Translations under genes and position numbers: made by a program | Part shown: one piece after another, positions 50,751 to 63,430 of the stretch | How positions within the stretch are numbered: the first letter of the stretch is position 1 | Layout: every line of letters starts with the position of its first letter | Notes under the pieces: generated by a model | The model's input: only the letters and a program-made list of their open reading frames with translations | The model's database searches: none | What the model was told of the DNA's origin: nothing | Source: Podarcis liolepis | Taxonomy: Eukaryota | DNA length: 64,000 nucleotides | Assembly (NCBI GenBank): GCA_965112155.1 | Contig: OZ218100.1 | Reading direction: 5' to 3' (one strand)

Positions 50751-52760
50751 TGTGATTAGTAGCTTGTCTTGCTATGGGGAGTTGATAAAATAAAGCATTT
50801 TTGAATTAATTCTGTATATCAAAAAAATTGTTTTGTTGTTGTAAAATTCAGAAGACTAAGTTGAACAGTCTGATTAAAAGAGCCTCGGAATGATCCAAAC
50901 CGATGGGGCTAAATTGGCTCAAATGAAATGACTGCATTCTACTTTAACAAATTTATAGATTGGACTGGCATGGTTTCAGAATGCACATTTACCATACAGC
51001 AAGTCCTTACTTCTAAGCAAATGTGCATAGGATTGGGCTGCTGGGCTGCAATCCTATGCATACTGAGCTGGGTGTGGGCACAACTGCATGTAAAGGAGCT
51101 TACCTATGAGTAAGCATGGGTGGATCCTATTATTATTATTATTATGGGTGATTTCAAGGTGCTGAGTGAAACAATGGTTAAATGTGCTTGTTGTTCAGAG
51201 CGTGTATTTCCACATGAGAAACAATCTGTACACCTATAAGGATTTTTTTAAAAAAATCTTTTGCTTTTTTGGAATGTGTTCCCAATTAGTTTTATAAAAA
51301 GAAGGCACTCATCTGGACTAGGAACAAGTCCCTTCTCACCATCTGTTATGGATTTTTGTTTTGAGTTATAGACCCCACGTTCCATTAAAGAACTAAGTTT
51401 TAAAACACTGTTATAAAGTGCTAATATTTGGATAACCCACAATGGCCAGGTAAGCACAACTTCACATGAGAACTGGGATCCGACCACACATAAAGCTTTC
51501 AGCCCCTTTGGGAACACACACACATATATAGATTATGTGCTAATTATTACAGGGTAATTTACAAAAATGAGAACACAGGCTGTGTACAGACAACATGCTA
51601 TTTAAGGCTGAAGCAAAAAGTCAAATGTGGTTAAATTAGGATGGATGATGACAATTAATGTAAGCAAAAAAATTGGCTTGGGCTTAGCAGTTAAGGGTCA
51701 AATTAGAAACTGGGCTATAGTCCCATAACATATTTATCGGTTGTAGGTGAACAGAAGGCCTGGTTGTATTCACAGGGCAATCTGTGAGCAAACTTACTTG
51801 GGAGTAAGCCCCGCAGGAACTTAGGTTAGAATAGAATGGTGCTTTCAGGCTATTTTCCCCTCTCAAAATGAAAATGAATCTGAGCTGTACAGAAAGAGGG
51901 GCTCTAAACACCACAGGCATTTTTAAATTGCTTACCCACCACTTTGTAATACATAGAAGGATTCAGTTATGAAATTATTTAAGAGAACTAAAGAATAGGC
52001 TTGTTCAGGGGTTCTAAACTCCTTGCATGCTTTTCTTGCTTAGCAAGGAAGGTCAGGGCTAGCATTCATGGAGTTATTTGGTGTGGCACATGTGTATATG
52101 ACTCTGCCCTTCTTCTCCACTGAGTGTCTAGGTCAATGCCTGAATGGAGCTTAAGTGCAAAGCTGATTCAGCAGAAGTAGCTGTGTGAGGAAGTTGTACA
52201 GAGGCAGAACACTTATCCTCCGCTGGGAGTAAGCCCATACAACACATGCTTCCAGTCCTATTGATTGCAATGGAGTGTTAGGTTAGACACAACTAATTTG
52301 TCCCTTAGCTTGAATTCAGCTAAACCTGTGCGCTAATAGAAGTGAATGCAAGGGCTCCTACTGGTGCACTAGAGCTTTCCTCCCCTCCCCGCTGCCTGTG
52401 GTCCCCACCCCTCCCCCAAATCTATTCTGGAGGGGTTGGGAGAACTCCCAGAATAATGTGAATGGGGGATGAGGATAGGAGGGATTGTTCTGTCTGGCAA
52501 GCAGAAATACTTGCGATGATGAAATGATCATATTATAGTTATGCTGAATCCCCCCCTTTAATTCCAGTGGGGCAAACAGCCTGACCTTAATCATACTTCC
52601 CACCCCCCACCCCCAAAGTCTAGTCTTACTGATTTTTAGTGGGATGTATGTCCAAGGAAACATGGCTAGGTATGTTGCAACCGTCTTTATCTGAACATGG
52701 ACCAGTCCCAGATGTGTTTAGCGAAAGCATGTGGATTTGAAAACTGCTAAAAGTAAAATA

Positions 52761-53002
52761 CAGTGGTACCTCGGGTTAAGTACTTAATTCATTCTGGAGG
52801 TCCGTTCTTAACCTGAAACTGTTCTTAACCTGAAGCACCACTTCAGCTAATGGGGCCTCCCGCTGCCACTGCACCGCCACTGCGCGATTTCTGTTCTCAT
52901 CCTGAAGCAAAGTTCTTAACCTTAGGTACTATTTCTGGGTTAGTGGAGTCTGTAACCTGAAGCATATGTAACCTGAAGCGTATGTAACCCAAGGTACCAC
53001 TG
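52761..53002 (-). mobile_element. MITE family A, copy 6
   Basis: TIRs present with TA target duplication. Reverse orientation. Confidence 0.92.
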
Positions 53003-53927
53003 TATGTTTATGTATAATTGTGCCAGATTTCACTTGAAACTGTTTTGCTTATTTCAGTGATTTTTAGGCTGCCCTTTGGAGCCAGGCCATCACAAACTCT
53101 ACTAACTTGAGCCTCGTCTATGCTCAGCCTTGGTACATCCAGCAATTCATGTACCACCCTCATGTATTCATGCATAAGGCAGAATCCATGTGGAGGGATC
53201 CAAGATCCTGGCATGGGATCAGCAGCCTAGTTATGTATTCCAGTTTGATTGCACTGCAACATCAATAGCCATTACTGACCCTCACTATTGCCCTTGCCAG
53301 CATTATACTTGTTTAAAATTCCAAAAGAAAAAAAAAAGTATGCACACAAACTAGCTTAAAACTACATGGTTTAATAGCCATGTATATTTCTTACCCTCAT
53401 CTCCAAAACAGTGCTTTTTGGTTTCTTTTCATCTTTTGTTTAATCAACACATGTCATTAGCATATTCTCCACTCCAGTCATCCAGCCATTACTGAAAATA
53501 TTGAATCATCTGAACACCGGTGTAGGCCTCTCTTAGACACCTCATTTAATAATTCCTGCCAACTTGACAACCAGCCATTAGCAGTTAGAGAGGGAGAATA
53601 ATTTGCACTGAGTAATTTATAGGATGACTTTTACCTTTTTATCATTACAAATTGTTTGTGAGAAAAATAAAAGTGTCATCTAGAGTTATCCACTGAATAA
53701 TCACTTGGGCATCTACTGGTTTGCAATCACTGGGAAAATTCCGTATACAGATTTCTTCTTCAAGCAAAATAACCTTAACGGTGGTCTTTTAACCAAAGGA
53801 CATGTTCTTGTTTGTTATTTGTTAAGCAATATTGTTAAGCAAGAGTGCATGTGAAATATACTTATAAGGTATCAATTCTATATTCACTCACTTGTGAACA
53901 AGCACCATTGTATTCAATGATTGAATC

Positions 53928-54044
53928 CAGGGCTGGAACTGGAACTTGCCAGAACTCAATTTTGGCATCTTTCAGGTGGGCGCCATTGCCATTCTAAGAG
54001 AATGAGGGAGGTGTTCATCTCTTTTTTCTGGGAAAATAGCAATG
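53928..54044. mobile_element. Degraded hAT-like MITE
   Basis: CAGGGCT...AGCAATG degenerate ends resemble the CAGTGCT TIR. The interior resembles a lizard repeat as recalled. Confidence 0.45.
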
Positions 54045-54250
54045 GTTGTAGCCAAGTGCAAGCTCAGTTCTGCTTATGCAATGCGACTTCCTCTTCCTAT
54101 CCTTCCCTTGCACACTTCCAAAATCTATCCCAGAGGATCCCTCAATTCTATTTTGTAGATTTTGAAGGTCTATCATGGGGGAGAGGAAAAAGAAGTTCCA
54201 TTGCACCAGCAGAAGTCTGTTGCATGTGGAACAATAGCAATGGATACAAC

Positions 54251-54427
54251 CAGTGCTTTTTTCTGGGGGGACCCAGGGGTATTCATACGCCTAAACATTT
54301 TGTGAATCTTTGTACTTTTGTTCATTTACTGTATTTATTTTTCCCAATTTGAAATATAAAATGGTGATTTTCTTGAGTCAAAATGAGAGTATCCCTAAAC
54401 ACTTTTTAAAGGGGGGGGGGAGCACTG
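54251..54427. mobile_element. hAT MITE with perfect 8-bp TSD
   Basis: GATACAAC|CAGTGCT...AGCACTG|GATACAAC. Confidence 0.88.
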
Positions 54428-54558
54428 GATACAACCCATAGTTCTGAGCAGACATATGTAAAATTATTCTGTAAAAATAGTTCTGGGAGTGTAATAGGTA
54501 AGAAACTTAGGCTGCAATCCTAGGCACATTGACTTGGGAGTAAGTTCCATTGTGCCCA

Positions 54559-54962
54559 AGGCTAGATTACTACAATGCACTTTATGTGAGGCTCGCCTTA
54601 GGCTTGGACCACAAGCTGTAGCAGGTGCAAATGCAGTTGGTTAACTGGATCAACATATTGCCAGCATATAATTCTTGTGCCGGGCAATTTTCACTGGCTA
54701 CCAATATGTAACCAGGCCAAGTGAAAGGTTTTAGGACTGGTATACAATGCCCTTAACAATTTGGAACCAGCGTGTCTGAGACATCACCTTGCCCCCCGAT
54801 ATACCTGTACATGCCTTATGCCCCTGGGGTCTTCAGAATGAAATTGCTAGGTAGTTTTAGGCCAGCTCAGGAACTGTCTTGTGTTTTATTGATTTGTAAG
54901 CTGCTCTGGGAGCTTTTTTTTGGCTGAAAAACCAGGTCTACAGATGCTAAATAAATAAATAA
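54559..54962 (+). mobile_element. L2 LINE 3' remnant (ORF2 C-terminus and tail)
   Basis: Broken translation RLDYYNALY...HWLPI...VYNALNNL matches L2 ORF2 motifs. Ends in (TAAA)n. Confidence 0.8.
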
Positions 54963-55959
54963 CATGAGTTTCTGTTGTTGCTATTATTAGTTCCTTGATT
55001 CTGCGGATATCCCCGTTACAAAAATTGTTGATAGAAATATATGTGGAAAGTTGACTGGGCTCATAGAATCATTCTGAGTGAGAAATACTCAAGTCCTCCC
55101 CTCCCCCACCTTCTTCATATTTTTACATCAGCTTCTAGGCATAATGTTGTTTGCATTTTGCATTAGCTTCCTAAACCACTGTGAAAATGTCATGTAGAAC
55201 CATATCAAATGTCTTCCAAATGTCAAGATGTACTGCATTAGAGCCATATGATTAATCCTATTGAAGTCATTGGGACCACTTGTAGGAACTTGGAGGCTTA
55301 CGGTGGCAATCCTGCTCCGCTGAAATCGCCCCAGTTTTTGCTATTGACTTCAGTGGGTGAAGGATCCCACCCATGAACCCAAATTAGCTATTTGATCATT
55401 TCATTTTACCTAAATGCTTGGACGTTGATTGCATTAATTGTTCGAATAATACACCAGGCTTAAGTTAAACCTTCTGTTGTGGCTAACTGTAAATGCTATC
55501 ATATGCAGCTGACCTGAGAAAGGAACAGGCTATTTTATGCATAGTCAGTGGTCCTGCTCAAGTACTGTAGGGAGATAAATTTTGAGGGGAGGGAATCTAC
55601 CACAGATAACCAACAATTCCTCCGCACATGGTTGTTGTGTATCACATATAATGCTCTTTCCCCTTCAGTGTGCATGAATGAGCTCACATGTATGCTACTG
55701 TACATACAGAACGTTAAGAAGCAGTAATACCAAAGAGTGGGCTATATCTCTTTAACAATTATATGAATAACATTGTATCAGTTTGTTATCTTGTTACGAT
55801 ATTCAGGATAGCGAATTAGGGCATGATCCACCAAACTAAAACACTTCAAAAATCCCTGTTGATTTCAGTAGAATAAAGTGTGCATTTAACATACCCCTTG
55901 AAATGTACAGTAGTTACATGAGCTTAACTTGGGGCTTAAGCTTCTCCTGCATAGAGATA

Positions 55960-56600
55960 TCCATTCATTGTGATCTTCCTGGATTTACCCTTCCTGGGTG
56001 TGCCAGTCTGTCAAAGTCCATCTTGTGGCAACCCAGGAGAAGGCCTTTTCCATTGTGGCACCCAGCTTGCAGAATTGCCTAAGGCATGTGCCAACCTTGA
56101 AGTGTTTCTGTCAGTCACTAAAAGCTTACCTTTCACCACAAGTGTTTGCTGGTCATTGATACCTAGCTTGTTGTAATTATCATATTGGTCTGAATATAAG
56201 CCACAATTTTTTTTTCCAAATCCCAACCGTGAAAAGTTAAAAGTGTGGCTTAAATTCGTGACCTTACAAATATGGGCTTTTATGGGACTTCTGGTGAGGC
56301 AAGATGGCAGGAGCCATGGCAGTGTGTAACTCCCAGGACCACCAGCACCAGCATAAGACACAATTTTAAGGGAGCAGCTTATATTTGGGTATTGTCTTTT
56401 TCTTTTCTTCCCCTTGAATTTTAAAGGTACGGCTTATTTGTGGGTGCGGCTTATATTCGGGCCAATATGGTATTATAGCTTGTTGTGGATGCTCATGTAT
56501 CTATTGTTTCAATGTATTGATTTTCATTTTGTCTTCTATGGCTCTAAAATTGCCTTGGAAGTTTTCATGAAAGGCAGTATAGAAGTGTTATAAACAAACA
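55960..56600 (+). mobile_element. L2 3' remnant interrupted by a Tc2-like MITE
   Basis: GCCTTTTCCATTGTGGCACCCAGC (AFSIVAPS) motif, and an L2-like tail after the MITE. Confidence 0.55.
56180..56470. mobile_element. Tc2-like MITE inserted in an L2 3' remnant
   Basis: TA|TCATATTGGTCTGAATATAAGCC ... GGCTTATATTCGGGCCAATATGG|TA, with subterminal GGCTTAT repeats. Confidence 0.8.
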
Positions 56601-56827
56601 TACATAGCTGGATCAAGTAATTCTTTTATAAACCATTGACTGACAAATTCCTGAAATGGGTAAATGAGATCAGTTGTCAACCCATGAATGATATGGGGAT
56701 ATTGCATCAAATTCATTTACCTCAAACAGTTCAGAAAATGATACAATAAATCAGTATAGGGTTTAGCAACTGTATCATCTTGTACAAGCTTTAAATACTT
56801 ACAGCACAGTAGTCTATAATGGCTATT

Positions 56828-56883
56828 AAGTTATAGTTACTGTTACTGTTACTAAGTTACTATAGTTACTAAGTTACTGTTAT
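56828..56883 (+). repeat. Imperfect (GTTACT)n repeat
   Basis: Direct reading. Confidence 0.8.
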
Positions 56884-58379
56884 CGGCATCTGCAAAGGAA
56901 CATTTCAGGCTGCAAGGAAAGATTCCTCCTAAAGCAGGGCTTGCAGTCAGTGCCAGATTTAAATTCAGTGCCTCCTGCAGTCCCCAGTTTCAGCAGGGAT
57001 CGCCTGCATTCAGAAGCAACTAATCAGTAGCTCCCAAGTGGAACCAACCCCAGAAGAGCTTGCAATGGGTGCCATATTTAATGTTGCTAAATGCAAACGC
57101 TGTCAACCAGTGAACAATTGAGAGTACACCTGAAGGTTTCCCTTTGCAGCTGCATCTTTGCCTGATGGGTGTGACTGGGCCGAAATGCTAGGACTAATTT
57201 AGCATGCAGGCTGGAGACTCCCCATTCCTGGTGTACAGTCTTGATATACAGGTAGCTCTTCATGGGTTTCATCACCTCCTGATCTCACTACTTCTACCAT
57301 GAAGCTGTTGGCCATGCATTTTATTATATCTTGATGTTCTCTGTGAAGTTTGAACTGTGCTTTGTCCTGTTATGTTTTGGTTGTTGGTATTGTATGCCTT
57401 TTTATCTTTTCATACACTGCTTAGATTTTTTGAGGGATGTTTTGGATGCCATAAATATTTCAATAAAGCAACATGCTTTAGCTATTATTGTTACTGTGGC
57501 TGTATTCCACCATTCCTAGTATAGACCATATAATACAGTATATCGTGACAGACAGAGGGAGTCCTCTCCCCATTATATCCTTACAAGAAACCTGTGGAGG
57601 CACATTCGGCTGAGCAACTCACACAGTGCCACACAGTGTTTCTTGGTCTAAAACAAAGTTAAACCCAGATCGCAACAGGGTGTACTTAGCTTTCTCAAAT
57701 GGGGCTTAAATGTGCTTCAGTTTGGCTGGACTGTAACCATTATTCTTACTTTCTTCTAATTATATAGTTCACTGATTCCCAGAACGTTCTTTCCCTTTCC
57801 ATCCATTTAGCAATATCCCCAACATTATCTATTGAGGAACATATGCCTTTTTGCCTTTACTTTTACTTATAAAGGTTACCTCAGATTACTTCCACAATGG
57901 CAATCATATTGAATATGGTAAATAGGCTACCTTATAGTGTTCCCCCCCTTTTGCCTTCATTGCTGCATAATAAACGAGATGCATCTTTTCCACAGAAACC
58001 GCCTGCCGTGCACTTGCTATGTACAGCGTTAATATTATTCATTAAAAAACTAATAGCTGACTTCTTAAAGCTTGTATTGTTCAGCACCTGGGTAGCTAGC
58101 TTCTGCTGAAAGTTATTGGATTTAGGCATAGAAGAAAGATTTGTTCCTTAGTGGCAGGTCTTCTTTTATATCTTTAGGCTTGTCACAAATTATTTGGCAA
58201 TTGGTTTCACTGCTCTTACATGACAGCTCTGAGCTGTCACGTTAAGAACTGTCTTGTGTCACTGTTCCATTGGGACAGTTCAGTGAACAGCTTGAAGTTG
58301 AACTCCACTCAGTATGTTTAAAGCTTTCTTCTCTAAGTATCTAAAATGATGGTCCCCCCTTAAAAATGATGATTTAGCT

Positions 58380-58506
58380 CAAGAATGGAGAACCCCTGGC
58401 CCTACAGATGTTGTTGAACTCACATCAGTCCCAGGCAACATGGCTAATGGTCAGGAATTATGGGAATTCAAGCCCAATGCCAACTCAGGGCCACCGGCCT
58501 GTCATG
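58380..58506. mobile_element. Degraded hAT-like MITE (squamate-type)
   Basis: GGAGAACCCCTGGCCCTACAGATGTTG ... AGGGCCACCGGCC, an imperfect inverted-repeat arrangement. Confidence 0.5.
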
Positions 58507-58547
58507 ATGTGTGAAAGTTCTAGTATAACTCCACCACTAATACACCA

Positions 58548-58781
58548 CAGTGGTACCTCAGGTTACAAACACCTTGGGTTACAAACACTTCGGCTTACAA
58601 ACTCCGCTAGCCCAGAAGTAGTACCTCGGGTTAAAAACTTTACCTCAGGATGAACACAGAAATTGCGTGGCAGTGGCAGTGGGAGACCCCATTAGCTAAA
58701 GTGGTACCTCAGGTTAAGAATGGTTTCAGGTTAAGAACAGAGCTCCGGAATGAATTAAGTTCGTAACCAGAGGTACCACTG
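58548..58781 (+). mobile_element. MITE family A, copy 7
   Basis: CAGTGGTACCTC...GAGGTACCACTG|TA. Left flank is CA. Confidence 0.9.
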
Positions 58782-58794
58782 TAATAGCAGTATT

Positions 58795-58993
58795 CTGCTG
58801 CCATGTGCTTCCAGTAAGTTCCTGGTTGCTGTTTTTTTTAACTACAAAACCCTGAATAGTTTGGAACCGCCTCCTCCCGTATGATCCTGTTCATCTGCTG
58901 TGTTGAATATTGGAAGTTCTGCTATGCGTTCCACTATTTCAGAAGCAGAGTTGGCTGGAACCTCGGCAATTACAGCACCCAGTTTATGGAGCT
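58795..58993 (+). mobile_element. L2 ORF2 fragment between MITE copies 7 and 8
   Basis: YKTLNSL and APSLW-like motifs. Confidence 0.5.
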
Positions 58994-59068
58994 CCTCAGG
59001 TCAAGAATGGTTTCAGGGTAAGAACGGACCTCCGGAATGAATTAAGTTTGTAACCAGAGGTACCACTG
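58994..59068 (+). mobile_element. MITE family A, copy 8 (right-end fragment)
   Basis: Matches the last ~75 nt of the family and ends GGTACCACTG|TA. Confidence 0.85.
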
Positions 59069-59227
59069 TATTATGGCAACAATGACATGTAGCAGAATAT
59101 ATCCACCACCTGATACAGCCAGTGGAGGCTCCTCTGTGGGGCAAAGTGGGGCACAGTCCTCCCAAGATTCTGAAACCGCCCCAAACCTCCACAGTCATAG
59201 CCCAGTCTTTCTGTTTTCACCCAAATA

Positions 59228-59453
59228 CAGTGGTACCTCGGGTTACAGACGCTTCAGGTCACAGACTCTGCTAACCCAGAAATAGTACCTCGGCTTAAGA
59301 ACTTTGCTTCAGGATGAGAACAGAAATTGCACAATGGCGGCACGGTGGCAGCAGGAGGCCCCATTAGCTAAAGTGGTGCTTCAGGTTAAGAACAGTTTCA
59401 GGTTAAGAACGGACCTCCAGAACGAATTAAGTTCTTACCCCGAGGTACCACTG
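59228..59453 (+). mobile_element. MITE family A, copy 9
   Basis: TIRs present with TA target duplication. Confidence 0.92.
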
Positions 59454-61454
59454 TACATTATTAATACATTTACATTGACTGAGAGGCTCCCTAGATGCTT
59501 CTGCCTATCTCCTCTGCTTAGCCATTCAAAATAATCACTACCATGAGGTCACGCCACCCTCATCTCCAGCAAGGTCACCCAGGGACCCAAGGTCATAGAT
59601 GAGCAGGTACCTCTCCTGCAGGTCACTGCTGCATGAATAATGGAAGCCAGGTATATACACTACACAACTCTGCCAGTCCCCATGCTAATCACGACTAGGC
59701 CAGAGAGGAGGGTCAGCGCAGAGGGAGCTCACAAAACCAATAACAGAAGGCCTGTAATATTTCTTCTCTAGAGTACCTCCTGTTTTTCTTTGAAGTTCCT
59801 ATTTGCTGGCAGATGACAGCTGATGGATGAAGTGCCTGATATATTCCATTCTTCTTTGTCTTGTGATTTCCCAATTTGCTTAAAATACAGATCTCCCTCC
59901 TTCCCGGCCCGTCAGCTTCTCTCAAGGCAAGCTCTGCTTTAAGTATGAACCTCAAGCTAACTAGAATTTCTCATGTGTGCTGACATTTTGTACCCACAGT
60001 GTCACAGACAAAAATGGTGGTGACTGCAGAAATGAAACTAGCTACTAAATGTTTACAAATCGTGTTTGTGCAGAAAACCACCTTTTCCCTCCTATGAAAA
60101 AGTCAACATGAAATCTACAGAGGCTTTTTCCACTCGAGGAAATTGTAGGCACATGTGGAATCGATAACGCATCTCCCTGCATGCATGTCTGTGGTTTGCT
60201 TTTATATATATCAGCAAAATTCTCTTCATATGCTACAATAATTTTCAATTAATCTGCTTTAAACTTTCACTTTTATGTAATCTGACATACAAATCTTGTT
60301 ACATGGTTCTTTTAACGTTAGTCAGGATGTTCTACTTTATGAGATCTTGACCAAGGAATATTTATGTTGGATGGCTCTCAGCCAATAATGCACCTTTTGT
60401 TTCATAAAACTGCACTGTGAATGGTTTTAATAGGTGCCTGCATTGAACGGTGAGTGAAAAAACAGCGGCTGGGTATTTTCTTCAGCCAAGTTGCTGTCTA
60501 GTTTGAGGTGAGAAATAGCACAGAGTGCGTTTTGTGGTCTCAGACCAAATTGAAATTAAAGACCTAAGAGAATGTTCCTGGTGAAGCAGTTCTGAAATGT
60601 GAGAGAGCATGTAGACCAAAAACCATGAGAAGAGTGCCATGAAGAACAATAGTTTTGCTGATTCCGTAAGGCTAACGAAAATCCCCTATTTACGATAGGA
60701 TGTAAAGAACCCATAGCTCTCATTTAAATCAACAAAGGATGCTATGCCTCATAGCCACCCAGATGGTATTTAGACTCACATGGGATTGAGCTCATAGATG
60801 GGATTCAAGGATTGTTCCCATATCTTCATCAGAACTAAACTCAAACTAAATGGGAAATCTCTAAAAAAAAATGTGAAGTTTAACCTTACATTGAATCTGT
60901 GGGCTTTATCTTCTGTTACATCCCATCAACCAAATAGTCATATTTCAAATGCTACTTCTTATTAATGATGGTCTTATTGGTGTCGTCTTCTTCTTCTAAT
61001 ACTACTTCTCAATGCACACCTGCACAGCTACAGATATAGGCTTTCAATAAATAATGCTTCTGTGTGTGCTGCTTCCTTGAATGGGTACAATATGTGGGCT
61101 GGACTAATTGCCCCAGTGGGGATGGTATGGGAAAGGGATAATTAGGCACAAATGTGTGTGTGGGGTGAAGCAGCAAGAGAGGTGGTGACTGGCAGTGTAA
61201 CACACAGTGGGAGGTGGAGGATCAACAATGGTGGTGGATATGGGAAACAGTGATTGCCAAGGAGGTAACAAACATCTCTTTTGTTGGCCTCTTCTGTAAA
61301 CTGCTTTAAGGTTTTATACAGTCAAGCTGTATATAAATTTTATGAAGCAAATCTCTCTCTCTTTCTCTCAACTCCACCCACTCTAACTCTCTCACGACTA
61401 TTTCATAGCCATCATAGGAAATTGCATTTTATGAGGAATTCAAATTCTGTACCT

Positions 61455-61610
61455 TGCCTGGGGTTGGTGGTCCCCTCTAGAAGGTGATAGTTGAGTGAGT
61501 CCAGGGTGTGGTGAATGTGTTTTTGCATGAGGAGGTGGTGCCTGCTGCCTTGATGGAGGTTGTATTGTGACCACTCCATGTGGGGGAAGAAGGTACTAGA
61601 CATCTTCAAT
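61455..61610 (+). mobile_element. L2 ORF2 internal fragment
   Basis: Translates VQGVVNVFLHEEVVPAALMEVVL*PL, resembling the region upstream of the RT domain in L2/CR1-clade LINEs. Confidence 0.55.
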
Positions 61611-62160
61611 AGTGGTGGGGTGCCATTTTGCAATGTCTTGTGAAGTTTGATATGTGAGGAAGAGTGCAACATCAGACACTCTAATTCACATAACAAACCT
61701 CATGTGTTTCTCAAGATAATAATGTAGACAATAATGGTTGTCCAAGCTGACACTTATAAGTTACTTTATGCATCTATTCCTAACATCACAGATACGCCTT
61801 GATTCAAACTGTTGGGAGTAAAGCAGCAACACTTGCAATAAGTTACCTTAACCAGTTTGGGGGCGGGGGGCAGGGGGGGCAGGGAACCAACAGAAAGGCA
61901 ACCTGTTCTTCCCTCGCTAATTTCTTCTTGTAGATTGTTTGTATCTCAGGCTTTACTTCCTTCCTCCTTCTCCTCCTCCAGTCAGTCTTTCTCTGTACAT
62001 CCTGGTGTTAAAGCCATTTTGTTTAGCCTCATGACACTGTAATGACCACAAGTGAACTAGTACTCAGAATGGCTTTGTTTTGCCAGGAATAATAAACCTT
62101 AAGTTTCTTTATTCTTTCAACCAACAGTCTTATGAGACTATTTGTTTCTGCACTCTGCTG

Positions 62161-62162
<2 letters not shown>

Positions 62163-62206
<44 letters not shown>
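62163..62206 (+). repeat. (GT)22 microsatellite
   Basis: Direct reading. Confidence 0.95.
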
Positions 62207-62210
<4 letters not shown>

Positions 62211-63430
62211 ACAAACTCCATTGTGTACATGTCCTTCCATACATATGAAATGGAATATATGTCTCCAGAGTCATAGACAGGATTGTCCAGTTCACAAAGG
62301 CACACATAACATTAATGAATATCTTGGTTTGATGTGTCCTTCCATGCTGACTGCCACAGAAATGAGCATGTGTCATGATTGCCTGGAAAACTCATAATGA
62401 AGCTGGTATATGCATTTATGCAAAAAGCCAAAGTGGCATATAAAACAGATGCATGCAAATATCCTGGATCAAATGTAATGTGTGCAAAATGGCAAATGGG
62501 GACCTGTCTTTCAAACTGACACCACATAAAACCCCTCTCCTTTACTGCATTATGCGCCTTGTGCACATAATATCTTGAAGGCCATTGCTTTTGACAGATT
62601 CAGCATACTAATCCATCAGAGAGGAACGGCCAAGGTGATTTGGTGAGCGCCATCTGTTTGTGTAGGTCCAGGGGATATGTTTGAACATTAGGATTCCAAA
62701 TTTGCTAGAACAGTGCACAATGAGCAGCAATTCTGTAAGCCACCCCAAGTTGTGAATATCAACACTATAGTTCTTAGACAGCCAAATCCCATACATTTAG
62801 TATTGGGAAGAAAAGGAAATAATATATCTCTCTGTAATGTTCATTATTTACTATAATTTCATAATCACATTTTTATTTAGTTATTCAACTTATGTCTTGC
62901 CTTTCCTCCCAAAGGAGCCCAATGTTAAAACAGTGCTTGGGGAAAATATTCTGAATTGCTCTGTAAAATTGTACATTCTATAAAGTCAAAGTTTTACAAA
63001 AGCACGGGTTGCCTCTAGTCTAAGTACATTAACTTAGGTTCCAGGCTCTAACTTAAGTCTCATTAACTTCAATGGGAACTGGCAACATGATACTAACCAT
63101 GTCTACTTGGAAGTAAGTCTTACTGAATTCACATGGACTTATTCCTAGGTATGTGGGATAGGAAATGCAGTTAATTTAACCTGGATCCAACTCAATATCT
63201 TTGGATTTTGTATTGTGATGGGTGGGACCCTCTCATATTACATTTGATAATGTTAAGGGGAAAAACACAGGAAAGTGAAACATTTATATTGGGATGAAAA
63301 ATTGAACCCATTAGCATAAATGTAAACCTATTGATTGGAGTAAAGAGATTATGTATAAATAATATATGTATGATTTTGTTTTCTTTCAATAATCATTTGC
63401 CAGTGATGAAGGTAGCAATAGACCATCCTA

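Noticed and set aside
50543-50793. ORFs spanning the N run
   Set aside because: Artefacts of the assembly gap.
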